Positions 1 to 8,603 of a stretch of 64,000 nucleotides of DNA are shown in pieces. The stretch is from positions 192,001 to 256,000 of the forward strand of contig CAVXGR010000011.1 of the NCBI GenBank assembly GCA_963761335.1, written 5' to 3'. The notes beneath the pieces are model-generated. The model was not told the DNA's origin and searched no databases. It saw only the letters and a program-made list of their open reading frames with translations. Source of the DNA: an uncultured delta proteobacterium. GTDB lineage: Bacteria; Desulfobacterota; Binatia; HRBIN30; BPIQ01. A program made the position numbers and the translations under genes. Numbering within the stretch: position 1 is the stretch's first letter; each line of letters starts with the position of its first letter.

Positions 1-166
1 AGGCCTTATATCGTATCCGCCGGGCGTGTCGCGACCGCGCGAACGGGTATGGTCTAACCGTGCTGGGCGCGATAGGCTGCGCGCAACGGCGACACGCCAG
101 GGCACCCCGAAGGCTGTCTCGGGTGCAGGCGAGACTGGACCGACACCGCAACGATTCGATTGGCAG

Positions 167-2530
167 GTGAGCAAGCGATCGCAAGATCCACGGCCCGACG
201 GAGATGCCGAAGACGCCGGGGGTTCGGCGGCCACCGCTGATTCGGCGGCTGTCATTCGCCGGCTGCAGCAGCGTGTCGATGATCTGGAGGCGTTGCTCGA
301 GCTGATGCCCATCGGCATCGCCGTCGCCGGCGATCGCACCTGCGACGTGGTCAAGATGAACCGGACCGGCGCGGCGATGCTCGGCATCGCCCCGGAGCAG
401 GACGTCTCGAAGAGCAGCCCTGACGGCGACCTTCCCTTTCGCGCCTTCCGCGACGGCCGCGAGCTGTCCCGCGAAGAGCTGCCCATGCGGTACGCGGCCC
501 GCCACGGCGTCCAGGTCCGGGATTTCGAGTTCGGCGTGGTGCGCGCCGACGGCAGCATCTGCAATCTGTACGAGTACGCCTCACCGCTGTACGACGAGCA
601 CGGCGCCGTGCGCGGCTGCGTCGGCGTCTTCGTCGACATCACCGAACGGAGGATCTCCGAGGAGAAGCTGGCCGAGAGCCAGCGACGCCTGCAGGCGTTG
701 TTCAGCAACGCCACCGAGGCCTTTCTGCTCTGTGACAAGGACGGGCGTTACCTCGACGTCAACCCCTCGGCCTGCCAGGTGCTCGGCTACAGTCGCGATG
801 AGCTCCTCGGCAAAACCATCTGGGATCTCATTCCCGCCGAGGCGCGCAGCGACGCCCACGAGCTGTGGCGCGACTTCCACGTGGCCGGCGAGCAGAGCGG
901 CGAGATCCAGCTGCTGCGGAGCGACGGCTCCCGCATCGACCTCGAGTACCGCGCCGTCGCCAACATCATTCCCGGCCTGCACCTCTTGATCCTGCGCGAC
1001 CTGAGCGAGCGCAAGCGGGCCGAGAACGCACTGCGCGAGAGCGAGACCCGTTTCCGTCAGCTCGCGGACTCGATGCCGCAGATGGTGTGGTCAGCGCAGC
1101 CGGACGGCTTCATCGACTACTACAACCGCCGCTGGTACGACTACACCGGGCTGCCGGAAGGTCAGGGCGGCGATCAGAGCTGGATCCCGGTCCTGCACCC
1201 CGACGACGTTCAGCCTTGCCTCGACCGCTGGTATCACTCGGTGCGCAGCGGCGAGAGCTACGAGATCCAGTACCGCTTCCGCGACCGCGAGCGCGGTGGC
1301 TACCGCTGGCATCTCGGACGCGCCCTCCCCGTCCGTGACGAGCAGGGAAGCATCGTCCGCTGGTTCGGCACCATCACCGATATCGACGACCAGAAACGCG
1401 CCCACCAGGCGCTCGAGGAAGCCAGCCGGCGCAAGGACGAGTTCATGGCGATGCTCGGCCACGAGCTGCGCAACCCCCTGGTGCCGGTGCGCAACGCCGC
1501 CGAGCTGCTGCGCCTCGCGGCAGACGACCGTGCCACCCTGGAGCTGGCGCGCGAAATGATCGATCGCCAGGTGACCCACATGACGCGGCTGATCGACGAC
1601 CTGCTTGACGTTTCGCGTATCAGCTCTGGGAAGATCCTGCTGCGCAAGGAGCGCCTCGACTTGGCCGCCCTGATCCGCCGCACCCTGGAGGACCACCGGA
1701 TGATGCTCGAAACCAGCGGCTTGCACCTCTCCGCCGAGCTGACGGACGAGCCGCTGTGGGTGGACGGAGATCCGACCCGCCTCTACCAGAGCGTCGGCAA
1801 CCTGCTGCAGAACGCGCAGAAGTTCACCGATGCGGGAGGCCGAGTTGCGGTGCGCCTGCGGCGCAGTGACGATGCGGCACTGCTGACGGTGACGGACACC
1901 GGCATCGGCATGGACGAGGACATGCTCGCCCGCGTCTTCGAGCCCTTCGCGCAGGCCGATCAGAGCCTGCACCGAAGCCGGGGCGGCCTGGGTCTCGGCC
2001 TGGCCCTGGTCCGCGGCCTCGTCGAGGCCCATGGCGGCAGTGTGCGGGCGCGCAGCGCCGGGCTCGGCCACGGCTCGGAGCTGTCGCTGCGCCTGCCCCT
2101 CTCGCCGGCGCCTGACAGGCACCCCGGACGAGCGGCACCTTCCCCGTCGGCCGGGGAACGGTCCTTGCGCATTCTGGTGGTGGAAGACATCGCCGACACC
2201 GCCCACTCGCTGCGCATGCTGCTGGAGCTCGCCGGGCATCGCGTCGAGGTCGCCGGCAACGGCACGGAAGCGCTGCTGAGTGCCACGCGCTTCCGTCCCG
2301 AGGTCGTGCTCTGCGACATCGGCCTTCCCGGGGGCATGGACGGGTACGATCTGGCGCGCGCTCTCCGCGAGCAGGCGGACGGCGCGCCGCCGAGCCTGAT
2401 CGCGCTCACCGGCTACGGCCAGGAGCAGGACCGTTTGCGCAGCCTGCGCGCCGGCTTCGAAGCCCATCTGACCAAGCCCATCGACCTGAAGGAGCTGCAG
2501 CGCCTGCTGGCCGAGGTGGCGCAGCGCTGA
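167..2530 (+). CDS. Hybrid sensor histidine kinase (3x PAS/PAC, HisKA, HATPase, C-terminal receiver)
   Basis: PAS/PAC repeats ([26 protein letters not shown]), H-box [10 protein letters not shown]-box [11 protein letters not shown] boxes DTGIGM and GGLGLGL, receiver ILVVEDI...[11 protein letters not shown]...TKP. Start uncertain (ORF open from 26; GTG at 167 chosen). Confidence 0.93.
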   Translation: MSKRSQDPRPDGDAEDAGGSAATADSAAVIRRLQQRVDDLEALLELMPIGIAVAGDRTCDVVKMNRTGAAMLGIAPEQDVSKSSPDGDLPFRAFRDGRELSREELPMRYAARHGVQVRDFEFGVVRADGSICNLYEYASPLYDEHGAVRGCVGVFVDITERRISEEKLAESQRRLQALFSNATEAFLLCDKDGRYLDVNPSACQVLGYSRDELLGKTIWDLIPAEARSDAHELWRDFHVAGEQSGEIQLLRSDGSRIDLEYRAVANIIPGLHLLILRDLSERKRAENALRESETRFRQLADSMPQMVWSAQPDGFIDYYNRRWYDYTGLPEGQGGDQSWIPVLHPDDVQPCLDRWYHSVRSGESYEIQYRFRDRERGGYRWHLGRALPVRDEQGSIVRWFGTITDIDDQKRAHQALEEASRRKDEFMAMLGHELRNPLVPVRNAAELLRLAADDRATLELAREMIDRQVTHMTRLIDDLLDVSRISSGKILLRKERLDLAALIRRTLEDHRMMLETSGLHLSAELTDEPLWVDGDPTRLYQSVGNLLQNAQKFTDAGGRVAVRLRRSDDAALLTVTDTGIGMDEDMLARVFEPFAQADQSLHRSRGGLGLGLALVRGLVEAHGGSVRARSAGLGHGSELSLRLPLSPAPDRHPGRAAPSPSAGERSLRILVVEDIADTAHSLRMLLELAGHRVEVAGNGTEALLSATRFRPEVVLCDIGLPGGMDGYDLARALREQADGAPPSLIALTGYGQEQDRLRSLRAGFEAHLTKPIDLKELQRLLAEVAQR

Positions 2531-2722
2531 AGATGGAGGCGACAGCCGAAGACGGCTTACCATCTCGTCGGTGAATCGCCGACCATGGCCGACATCGGTT
2601 GGTTCACGCGCGTCGACATGCTGCCGGCTCTGGGGATCGAGCTGGCAGCCGATCGCCACGCCAACATTCTGCGCTGGCACGCAGCCCTGCGGCGGCGGCC
2701 GGCATTCGCGACAGGGGGGTGA
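2531..2722 (+). pseudogene. Glutathione S-transferase C-terminal remnant
   Basis: Manual translation after the kinase TGA gives YHLVGESPTMADIGWFTRVDML...ILRWHAALRRRPAF*, matching the GST C-terminal (Y/F)L.G...T.ADI and RW...L..RPAF patterns; no N-terminal domain. Confidence 0.6.
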
Positions 2723-2724
2723 AC

Positions 2725-3504
2725 ATGGCACGGTTGAGCAAGCTGAGCCGCTCGATTGCCGGCAGAGTCGCCGTGGTGACCGGGGCCGCCAGCGGCATGG
2801 GGCGAGCCACGGCGATGCTGCTCGGCGACGAAGGCGCCCGCGTTGCCGCCGTCGACGTCGACGCCTCGGGCGCCGCCGCCGTGGCCACCGAAATCACTGC
2901 CGCCGGAGGAGAGTGCGGTGCCTTCGGCTGCGACGTGAGCAGTCGCAGCGCCGTCACCCGCCTGGTCGCCGATGTGGCCGAGCGTTTCGGCGGCGTGGAC
3001 ATCCTGGTGAACAACGCCGGCGTCAGCATACCGGCACCAATCGACAGCGACCAGTACGAGGAGGCCTGGGCGCGGACCCTGGCGGTGAACCTGACCGCCT
3101 ACGCCAGCCTCATCCGCGCCTGCCTGCCGCATCTGCGCGCCAGCGACGCGGCGCGCATCGTCAACGTCGCCTCGACCGAAGCCCTCGGAGCGACGGCGAT
3201 GATCAGCCCGTACACCGCCAGCAAGCACGGCGTCGTCGGCCTGACCCGCGCCCTCGCCGTCGAGCTTGGGCCGCTGGGCATCAACGTCAACTGCGTCTGC
3301 CCCGGCCCGATCCACACCGGCATGACGGCGGGGATCCCCGACGACGCCAAGCAGAAGTTTGCCCGTCGCCGCGTGCCTCTGCGCCGCTACGGCGACCCCG
3401 AAGAGGTCGCCCACGCCACCCTGAGCCTGGTCCTCCCCGCAGCCTCGTTCATCAACGCCGCCGTCCTCGTAGTCGACGGCGGCATGACCGCAAAGAACAC
3501 TTGA
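2725..3504 (+). CDS. SDR family NAD(P)-dependent oxidoreductase
   Basis: TGAASGMG nucleotide-binding motif, NNAG, catalytic YTASK, VDGG at the C-terminus; ATG at 2725 after a G-rich RBS. Confidence 0.93.
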   Translation: MARLSKLSRSIAGRVAVVTGAASGMGRATAMLLGDEGARVAAVDVDASGAAAVATEITAAGGECGAFGCDVSSRSAVTRLVADVAERFGGVDILVNNAGVSIPAPIDSDQYEEAWARTLAVNLTAYASLIRACLPHLRASDAARIVNVASTEALGATAMISPYTASKHGVVGLTRALAVELGPLGINVNCVCPGPIHTGMTAGIPDDAKQKFARRRVPLRRYGDPEEVAHATLSLVLPAASFINAAVLVVDGGMTAKNT

Positions 3505-3731
3505 TCGCGAATCGGCACTCGACCCCTTGCGGCTTGGGAGCGCACCCATCTTGGCCGCATTTGCCAATTCCCCCCTGCGCACTCGAGAGCACCACCAATC
3601 CGCCAACCGGAACTGGGCGGCACTGTTACACTTTTTGGAGTTTGCGCTGGGCTGCTTTTCGCTGTAAAGAATCTCGCCGCAAAGATCAGGTCAAAGGCAA
3701 GCAGATGTGGATGATGGGCGCATAAGGGCCG

Positions 3732-4109
3732 ATGAGTACCGAAATTCCGACCGAGCCGACAGGTCTGGCAATCGAGTTCACCAGTGTTCCCGCCTTCGGC
3801 AGCTACCACAATCTCCAAGGCGTCGTCCGTAATGCCGAAGCCGGGGAGCTGCGTATCGCCGTGTACATCCGGGTCTCCGGCGGTTGGTGGACGAAGCCCT
3901 ATTGGGACTCGCCGGTCACCCCGGTATCGGCAGATGGCTCGTTCTCGGTAAGCATCGCCACGGGGGGACACGACGAGCAGGCAACCGAGATCGCCGCCTT
4001 CGTGATACCCGCCGACTACTATCCGCCCGGTGTTCGAGGCGAGCCTGAGATCCCGGCCGAGCTGTTGGAGAGAGCGCTGGCCCAAGCCAACGTGACTCGC
4101 TCGCCGTAG
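3732..4109 (+). CDS. Hypothetical 125-aa beta-rich protein (resembles an accessory domain of some glycoside hydrolases)
   Basis: Clean ORF, protein-like composition, motif IAVYIRVSGGWWTKPYW...ADGSF...ATGG.DEQATEIAAF; first gene of the co-oriented cluster. Confidence 0.7.
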   Translation: MSTEIPTEPTGLAIEFTSVPAFGSYHNLQGVVRNAEAGELRIAVYIRVSGGWWTKPYWDSPVTPVSADGSFSVSIATGGHDEQATEIAAFVIPADYYPPGVRGEPEIPAELLERALAQANVTRSP

Positions 4110-4128
4110 GGACGGAGGACATCGGCAA

Positions 4129-4922
4129 ATGCGAAAGTCCTTCGCCGTCGTCATCCCGTCGTTCAACAACGCCCGCTGGTGCCGGCAGAATCTCGACTCG
4201 GTCCTGAGCCAGGACTACCCTCTCTTCCGCGTCATCTACATCGACGATGCATCGACGGACGGAACCCCGGAGCTGGTCGAAGAGTACCTGACCGAGAGCA
4301 ACCAGGGACATCGGGTCACCTTCCTCCGCAACGAATTCCGCCTCGGCGCCGCCGCGAACATCGATCGCGCCGTGCGGTCCTGCGATGCGGACGAGGTCGT
4401 CGTTCTGGTCGACGGCGACGATTTTCTCGCTCACCACCGGGTGCTGCGGCGGCTGAACGAGGTTTACCAGGACCCCGACGTCTGGGTCACCTGGGGGCAG
4501 TTCACCTCTTTCCCACAGGGCCTCGACGGCTTCTGCGGGCCGGTGCCCACCGAGATCGTCAGCGCCAACGCCTTCCGCGACTATCCTTTCATCTCGTCTC
4601 ACCTCCGCACCTTCTACGCGGGCTCTACCAGCGGATTCGTCCGATCGACCTCCAGGACAGCGACGGCCGATTCTATCTGACGGCCGGGGATGTCGCGCAC
4701 ATGTTCGCGCTGATGGAGATGGCCGGTCCCCGCGCCCGCTTCGTCGCCGAGGTGCTCTACCGATACAACCGCGAGAACCCCATCAACGACGACAAGATCG
4801 ACCGCACCGGCCAGGTTCGCACCGAGCTGGATATCCGCCGCAAGGTCCGCTACGGCCGCCTCCCGTCTCTGACCAGCGATGGCACCGCGAGAGTTCTGCG
4901 TCATCAGCGGCATCGGCCGTAG
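4129..4922 (+). CDS. GT2 family glycosyltransferase (frameshift at ~4620)
   Basis: VVIPSFNN, IYIDDASTDGT, DxD motif VDGDD, SHLRTFYAG. Frame switches at ttctacgcgggctctac (one G short) into LYQRI...AGDVAHMFALMEMAG...YRYNRENPIND. Confidence 0.85.
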
Positions 4923-5915
4923 CCTCTTCGAGACCACGGGCTGCTTTCCCGACCTCGACGACCGGCGGCGGCCGTTCCGGCAGTTGCGATCGGTCCTCAA
5001 TCGGCTCGGGTACACGGTGCGGGAAACGCAGACCGTGCCCAAGGTCGAGGATCCACATCACCTCGTGTCGTTCGATGTGCGGCCGGAGGAGCTGGACGGG
5101 TTGGCGGCGTATCCGCGCGACAGGCTGACACTCATCCTGTGGAAGGATCCGATCTCGGCGCCGCTCAACTTCGAGGCGCGTTACCAGCGCCCTTTGCTCG
5201 CATCTACACCTGGTGCAGTGACCTGGTCGACAACGTGCGCTACTTCAAGCTGCACTTTCCGGCTCTGCGCCGGATGACCGACGAGGTGATCCCCTTCGAG
5301 AAGCGCAGGCTGTGCACGCTGGTCGCTTCGAACCGGCACGCGGACCATCCGGACGAGCTCTACAGCGAGGAGTGGCGAGTCGCGGAGTTTTTCGCCGAGG
5401 CCGAGAGCCACTCGTTTGACCTCTTCGGCTGGGGATGGAGTCCCGCGGTGAACCGCAACTACCGCAGCATCGTGGCGAACAAGGTGGATCATCTCCGCCG
5501 CTACCGCTTCAGCTTCTGCTACGAGACCGTCCGCAACTGGAACGGATACGTCACCGGGAAGATCTTCGACAGCTTCGCCGCCGGGTGTGTGCCCGTGTAC
5601 CTGGGGGCGCCCGACGTGGCCGCGGCGATTCCGCGAGACTGCTTCATCGCCCGCGAGGACTTCCGTTCGCACGCCGAGCTGCACGCCTTTCTGAGAGACA
5701 TGCCGGAGCGCGAGCACGCGGATTATCTGGAGCGGATCCGCGCCTTTCTGTCCTCCGAGAGCGCCACCGCCTACTCGGCCGAATACTTCGTCAGCACCTT
5801 CGTCGACCTCGTCGGCGGACGCGCCCTGCCGCCCGTGGTTCGTCCATCGACCCTGGATCGCCTGCACCGGCCTTCTGCTGGCACCGGAATCGGCGCTGCG
5901 GAATTCGCAACATGA
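4879..5915 (+). CDS. GT10-like (fucosyltransferase-family) glycosyltransferase, frameshift at ~5190; possibly fused to the upstream GT2
   Basis: ORFs 4879-5277 and 5139-5915 join at cagcgccctttgctcgc. C-terminal part carries the GT10-type motif YRFSFCYE...GYVTGKIFDSFAAGCVPVYLGA and FDLFGWGW. Confidence 0.75.
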
Positions 5916-6784
5916 GCGCCATCGAAGCTCAGTCCGCAGGAGTCTCGTCGCCGGGAGGTAGCCCCCCGGCGATGCCGGCCGGGAGCGAGTGGCCGCTGTG
6001 CTTCTCGGTGCTGGCGTACGGGGTCCGCATCGGCGTGCGCGTCAGCCATCCGGTGCTCGCGGAGAATCTGACCGGTCATCTGCCGCCTGGCTCGGAGCTG
6101 CTGGAGTTCTCGGACGCCGGCCGCGTGTACTCCCTCGTGGCGGAGCCGACAGAGGGATCGGTTGATCGCTGCTCGCTCTTCGTCGACAAAAGGGCCGTGG
6201 CCCGGCGAGTCTCGGTTCAAGCGGCCCTGCGGGCTTTTGAGGCCAATGTCCAGATCTACGTCGCCGAGATGTCGCCGGAGCGGGTTTTCGTGCACGCCGG
6301 CGTCGTCGGCTGGCGTGGACGGGCCATTCTGCTCCCGGGCCGCAGCTTCTGCGGGAAGACTACCCTGGTCGCCGCCCTGGTGCGGGCGGGGGCCGAGTAC
6401 TACTCCGACGAGTACGCCGCCATCGACTCGGCCGGCGGCGTGCATGCCTACCCGCGCCTTCTCTCGGTGCGGGAGGAAGGCGGCCCGGGGGTTCAAAAGT
6501 ATTCTGTCGAGGCCCTGGGCGGGCGCGCGGGAAGTGATCCAATCCCGGTGGGCCTGATCGTGATGAGCCGCTACAAACCGGGCAGCGAATGGCGGCCCGA
6601 CCGCTTGTCTCCGGGTCGAGGGATACTCGCCTTGCTCGCCAACACCGTGCCCGCACGTCGCACTCCGGAGGTCGTCATGCCGGCGCTCTACCGAGTCGTG
6701 TCGGAGGCAGCGGCGATTCGCAGTGACCGCGGCGAGGCGTGTAGCGTCGTCGCGCCGATTCTCGAGCTTGCAGAGCAGCAGTGA
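5912..6784 (+). CDS. HPr kinase-related P-loop kinase
   Basis: FVHAGVV (His), Walker A GRSFCGKTT and YYSDE signature. ATG overlaps the upstream TGA (ATGA). Confidence 0.85.
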   Translation: MSAIEAQSAGVSSPGGSPPAMPAGSEWPLCFSVLAYGVRIGVRVSHPVLAENLTGHLPPGSELLEFSDAGRVYSLVAEPTEGSVDRCSLFVDKRAVARRVSVQAALRAFEANVQIYVAEMSPERVFVHAGVVGWRGRAILLPGRSFCGKTTLVAALVRAGAEYYSDEYAAIDSAGGVHAYPRLLSVREEGGPGVQKYSVEALGGRAGSDPIPVGLIVMSRYKPGSEWRPDRLSPGRGILALLANTVPARRTPEVVMPALYRVVSEAAAIRSDRGEACSVVAPILELAEQQ

Positions 6785-6827
6785 CAGTGGACGACAGTGG
6801 ACGGAACGGAGCGAAGGGAGAACAACC

Positions 6828-7265
6828 ATGCAGCCGTACAGACCGAGGATCCGAACCAGCAGGCTCCTCCTTCAGAGGATAAAAGACGAGCTGTTGATCT
6901 ACGACCTGGAGCGCAATGAGGCGCATTGCCTCAACGGCATTGCCGCCGTGGTGTGGGATCTCTGCGACGGTGAGCGAACCGTCTCGGAGATCGCGCAGGT
7001 GGTCGCCCCCGATCTCCCCGCGGACGCCGCGGAGACTCTGGTGTGGTCTGCCCTGGACCAGTTCGCGGAGCGCCACCTGCTCGAGGAGGCGGAGACCGAG
7101 GATCCCCCGCACAGTCCATCCCTGAGAATGACGCGGCGGCAGATGATGGTTGGGCTCGGGCTGACGGTCGGACTGGCCCTCCCGATGGTGGAGTCGATCG
7201 TATCGCCTCCTGCCGCGCTGGCGATCTCGGGGTCAACCGGCGGCACCGGAATGACGGGCGGGTAA
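6828..7265 (+). CDS. PqqD/RiPP recognition element domain fused to a twin-arginine-like leader and short Gly/Thr-rich peptide (candidate precursor)
   Basis: RBS AGGGAG then ATG. PqqD-like DELLIYDLERNEAHCLNGIAAVVWDLCDGERTVSEI...ALDQFAERHLL, followed by MTRRQMMVGLGLTVGLALPMVESIVSPPAALA-ISGSTGGTGMTGG*. Confidence 0.85.
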   Translation: MQPYRPRIRTSRLLLQRIKDELLIYDLERNEAHCLNGIAAVVWDLCDGERTVSEIAQVVAPDLPADAAETLVWSALDQFAERHLLEEAETEDPPHSPSLRMTRRQMMVGLGLTVGLALPMVESIVSPPAALAISGSTGGTGMTGG

Positions 7266-7321
7266 GAAGTACCTCTCCGCTCCGGCATTTGCCGGGCGGG
7301 TGCGCGCCGTCTGAGAATTCT

Positions 7322-8542
7322 ATGGCACACCGCTTTTCGATCGTGGTCCTGGCGCGAAACGAGGCGCGGACGCTGCCGCGGTTGCTCAGCGATCTTGCGG
7401 CTTTTGTCGAAAGCGGCGGCGAGCTGCTGGTCGTCGACACCGGCAGCTCCGACGAGACGATCTCGATCGCGCGAGCCCACGGCTGCCGCGTGGAGGAGGT
7501 GGGCCCGCGATTCGACACGGTCCTCGACGGGTCCGCGGCAGCCGAGATCGAACGACGAATCGCCGCCCCGACGGAGGGCCCGCTCGTTGGGGCCGGCCAA
7601 CGGATGTTTCACTTCGGCGAGGCGCGCAATCATGCGGGGCAGCTGGCCCGCTGCGATTTCGTTCTGCAGCTCGACGCCAGTGATCGCGTTCCGGCCCTGG
7701 ACGTCGGCGCTCTCGACGGCTGGATCGCCTCGGGAGGCGTCGGCGCCTTCGAGTACGAACAGGAGTACGGCTCCATTGCGCTGCGGATCTCGCGCTTCTA
7801 CGACCGACGCCGCTACCGATGGGAAGGCCGCGTCCACGAGATTCTGGTCGCCAGAGCCGCGAATACAGTGCCGCCGCCACCACTTCGCCTCGACCCGCAG
7901 CAGATCCTCGTCCGCCATCACAAGCAGGAGGACAAGCCGCGAAATTACCTGGCCGGGTTGGCGCTCCAGGTATTGGAGTGGCCGCAGAGACCCCGATGGT
8001 GGCACTATCTCGGTCGCGAGCTCTTCTATCAGTGCTGGTACCGCTCGGCGATCGCCGTCCTCCAGGCGCACGCCGCCATGGAGAACGCCTGGGCGCCGGA
8101 GCGCTCGCAGAGCCTGAGCTTTGCGGGCGAGTGCTTCGAGGCTCTGGGACGCGCCGGCGAAGCGATGGAGGTCGTATCGGCGCGCATCAGCGCTCGATGC
8201 GACGCGCCGCGAGCCGCTGCTGCGCCTCGCTACATTTCATTGCCGGCGAGGCGAGTTCGAGATGGCGGCGCACCATGCGAGCGAGGCACTCGCCATTCCT
8301 CACACCTGCGCCTATCCCGAATTGGAGGCCAACTACGCCTGGCTGCCGCACTCCATTCTGTACTGGAGCCTGTTCTGGCTGGATCGGAAGGAGGACGCAC
8401 GGCGTCACTGGGAAGCGTTCCGATCCTCGGCGCCCCCCGAGAGCTGGCCAGAGGACCACGCGGGCTGTTCCCGCTGACGGATGCGACGGCGCACCGAGCC
8501 GTTCCCGAGGCCGGCGCCGGCGGGGCCGGCCAGGTCTTGTAG
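7322..8542 (+). CDS. GT2 glycosyltransferase with C-terminal TPR region (frameshift at ~8170, probable compensating one at ~8463)
   Basis: SIVVLARNE, VVDTGSSDET, FGEARN, LDASD, RWEGRVHE. TPR-like helices (HYLGRELF; SYRRASALDATRREPLLRLA) continue in the 8121-8477 frame after an extra G at ~8171. Confidence 0.85.
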   Translation: MAHRFSIVVLARNEARTLPRLLSDLAAFVESGGELLVVDTGSSDETISIARAHGCRVEEVGPRFDTVLDGSAAAEIERRIAAPTEGPLVGAGQRMFHFGEARNHAGQLARCDFVLQLDASDRVPALDVGALDGWIASGGVGAFEYEQEYGSIALRISRFYDRRRYRWEGRVHEILVARAANTVPPPPLRLDPQQILVRHHKQEDKPRNYLAGLALQVLEWPQRPRWWHYLGRELFYQCWYRSAIAVLQAHAAMENAWAPERSQSLSFAGECFEALGRAGEAMEVVSARISARCDAPRAAAAPRYISLPARRVRDGGAPCERGTRHSSHLRLSRIGGQLRLAAALHSVLEPVLAGSEGGRTASLGSVPILGAPRELARGPRGLFPLTDATAHRAVPEAGAGGAGQVL

Positions 8543-8603
8543 GAACCGCCCTTCGCGCCGGTGATGTACTGATCGCAGATCCTGGCGCAGGTCTCTCGAT
8601 CGC

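Noticed and set aside
2528..2530. Selenocysteine or readthrough at the kinase TGA into the in-frame GST-like segment
   Set aside because: The receiver domain is complete before the TGA and the downstream piece is only a partial GST; a recombination scar is simpler.
3505..3731. Possible ncRNA or degenerate REP at the left edge of the glycosylation cluster
   Set aside because: Only a weak partial palindrome; no tRNA fold, att site or integrase to define an island boundary.
6783..6802. 10-bp tandem duplication GACAGTGGAC x2 before the RRE gene
   Set aside because: Only two copies with no functional context; could be chance slippage.
5912..7265. Lasso peptide or PQQ biosynthesis cluster
   Set aside because: No lasso cyclase, B2 protease or pqqB/C/E genes, and the 13-aa core has no Asp/Glu for a macrolactam.
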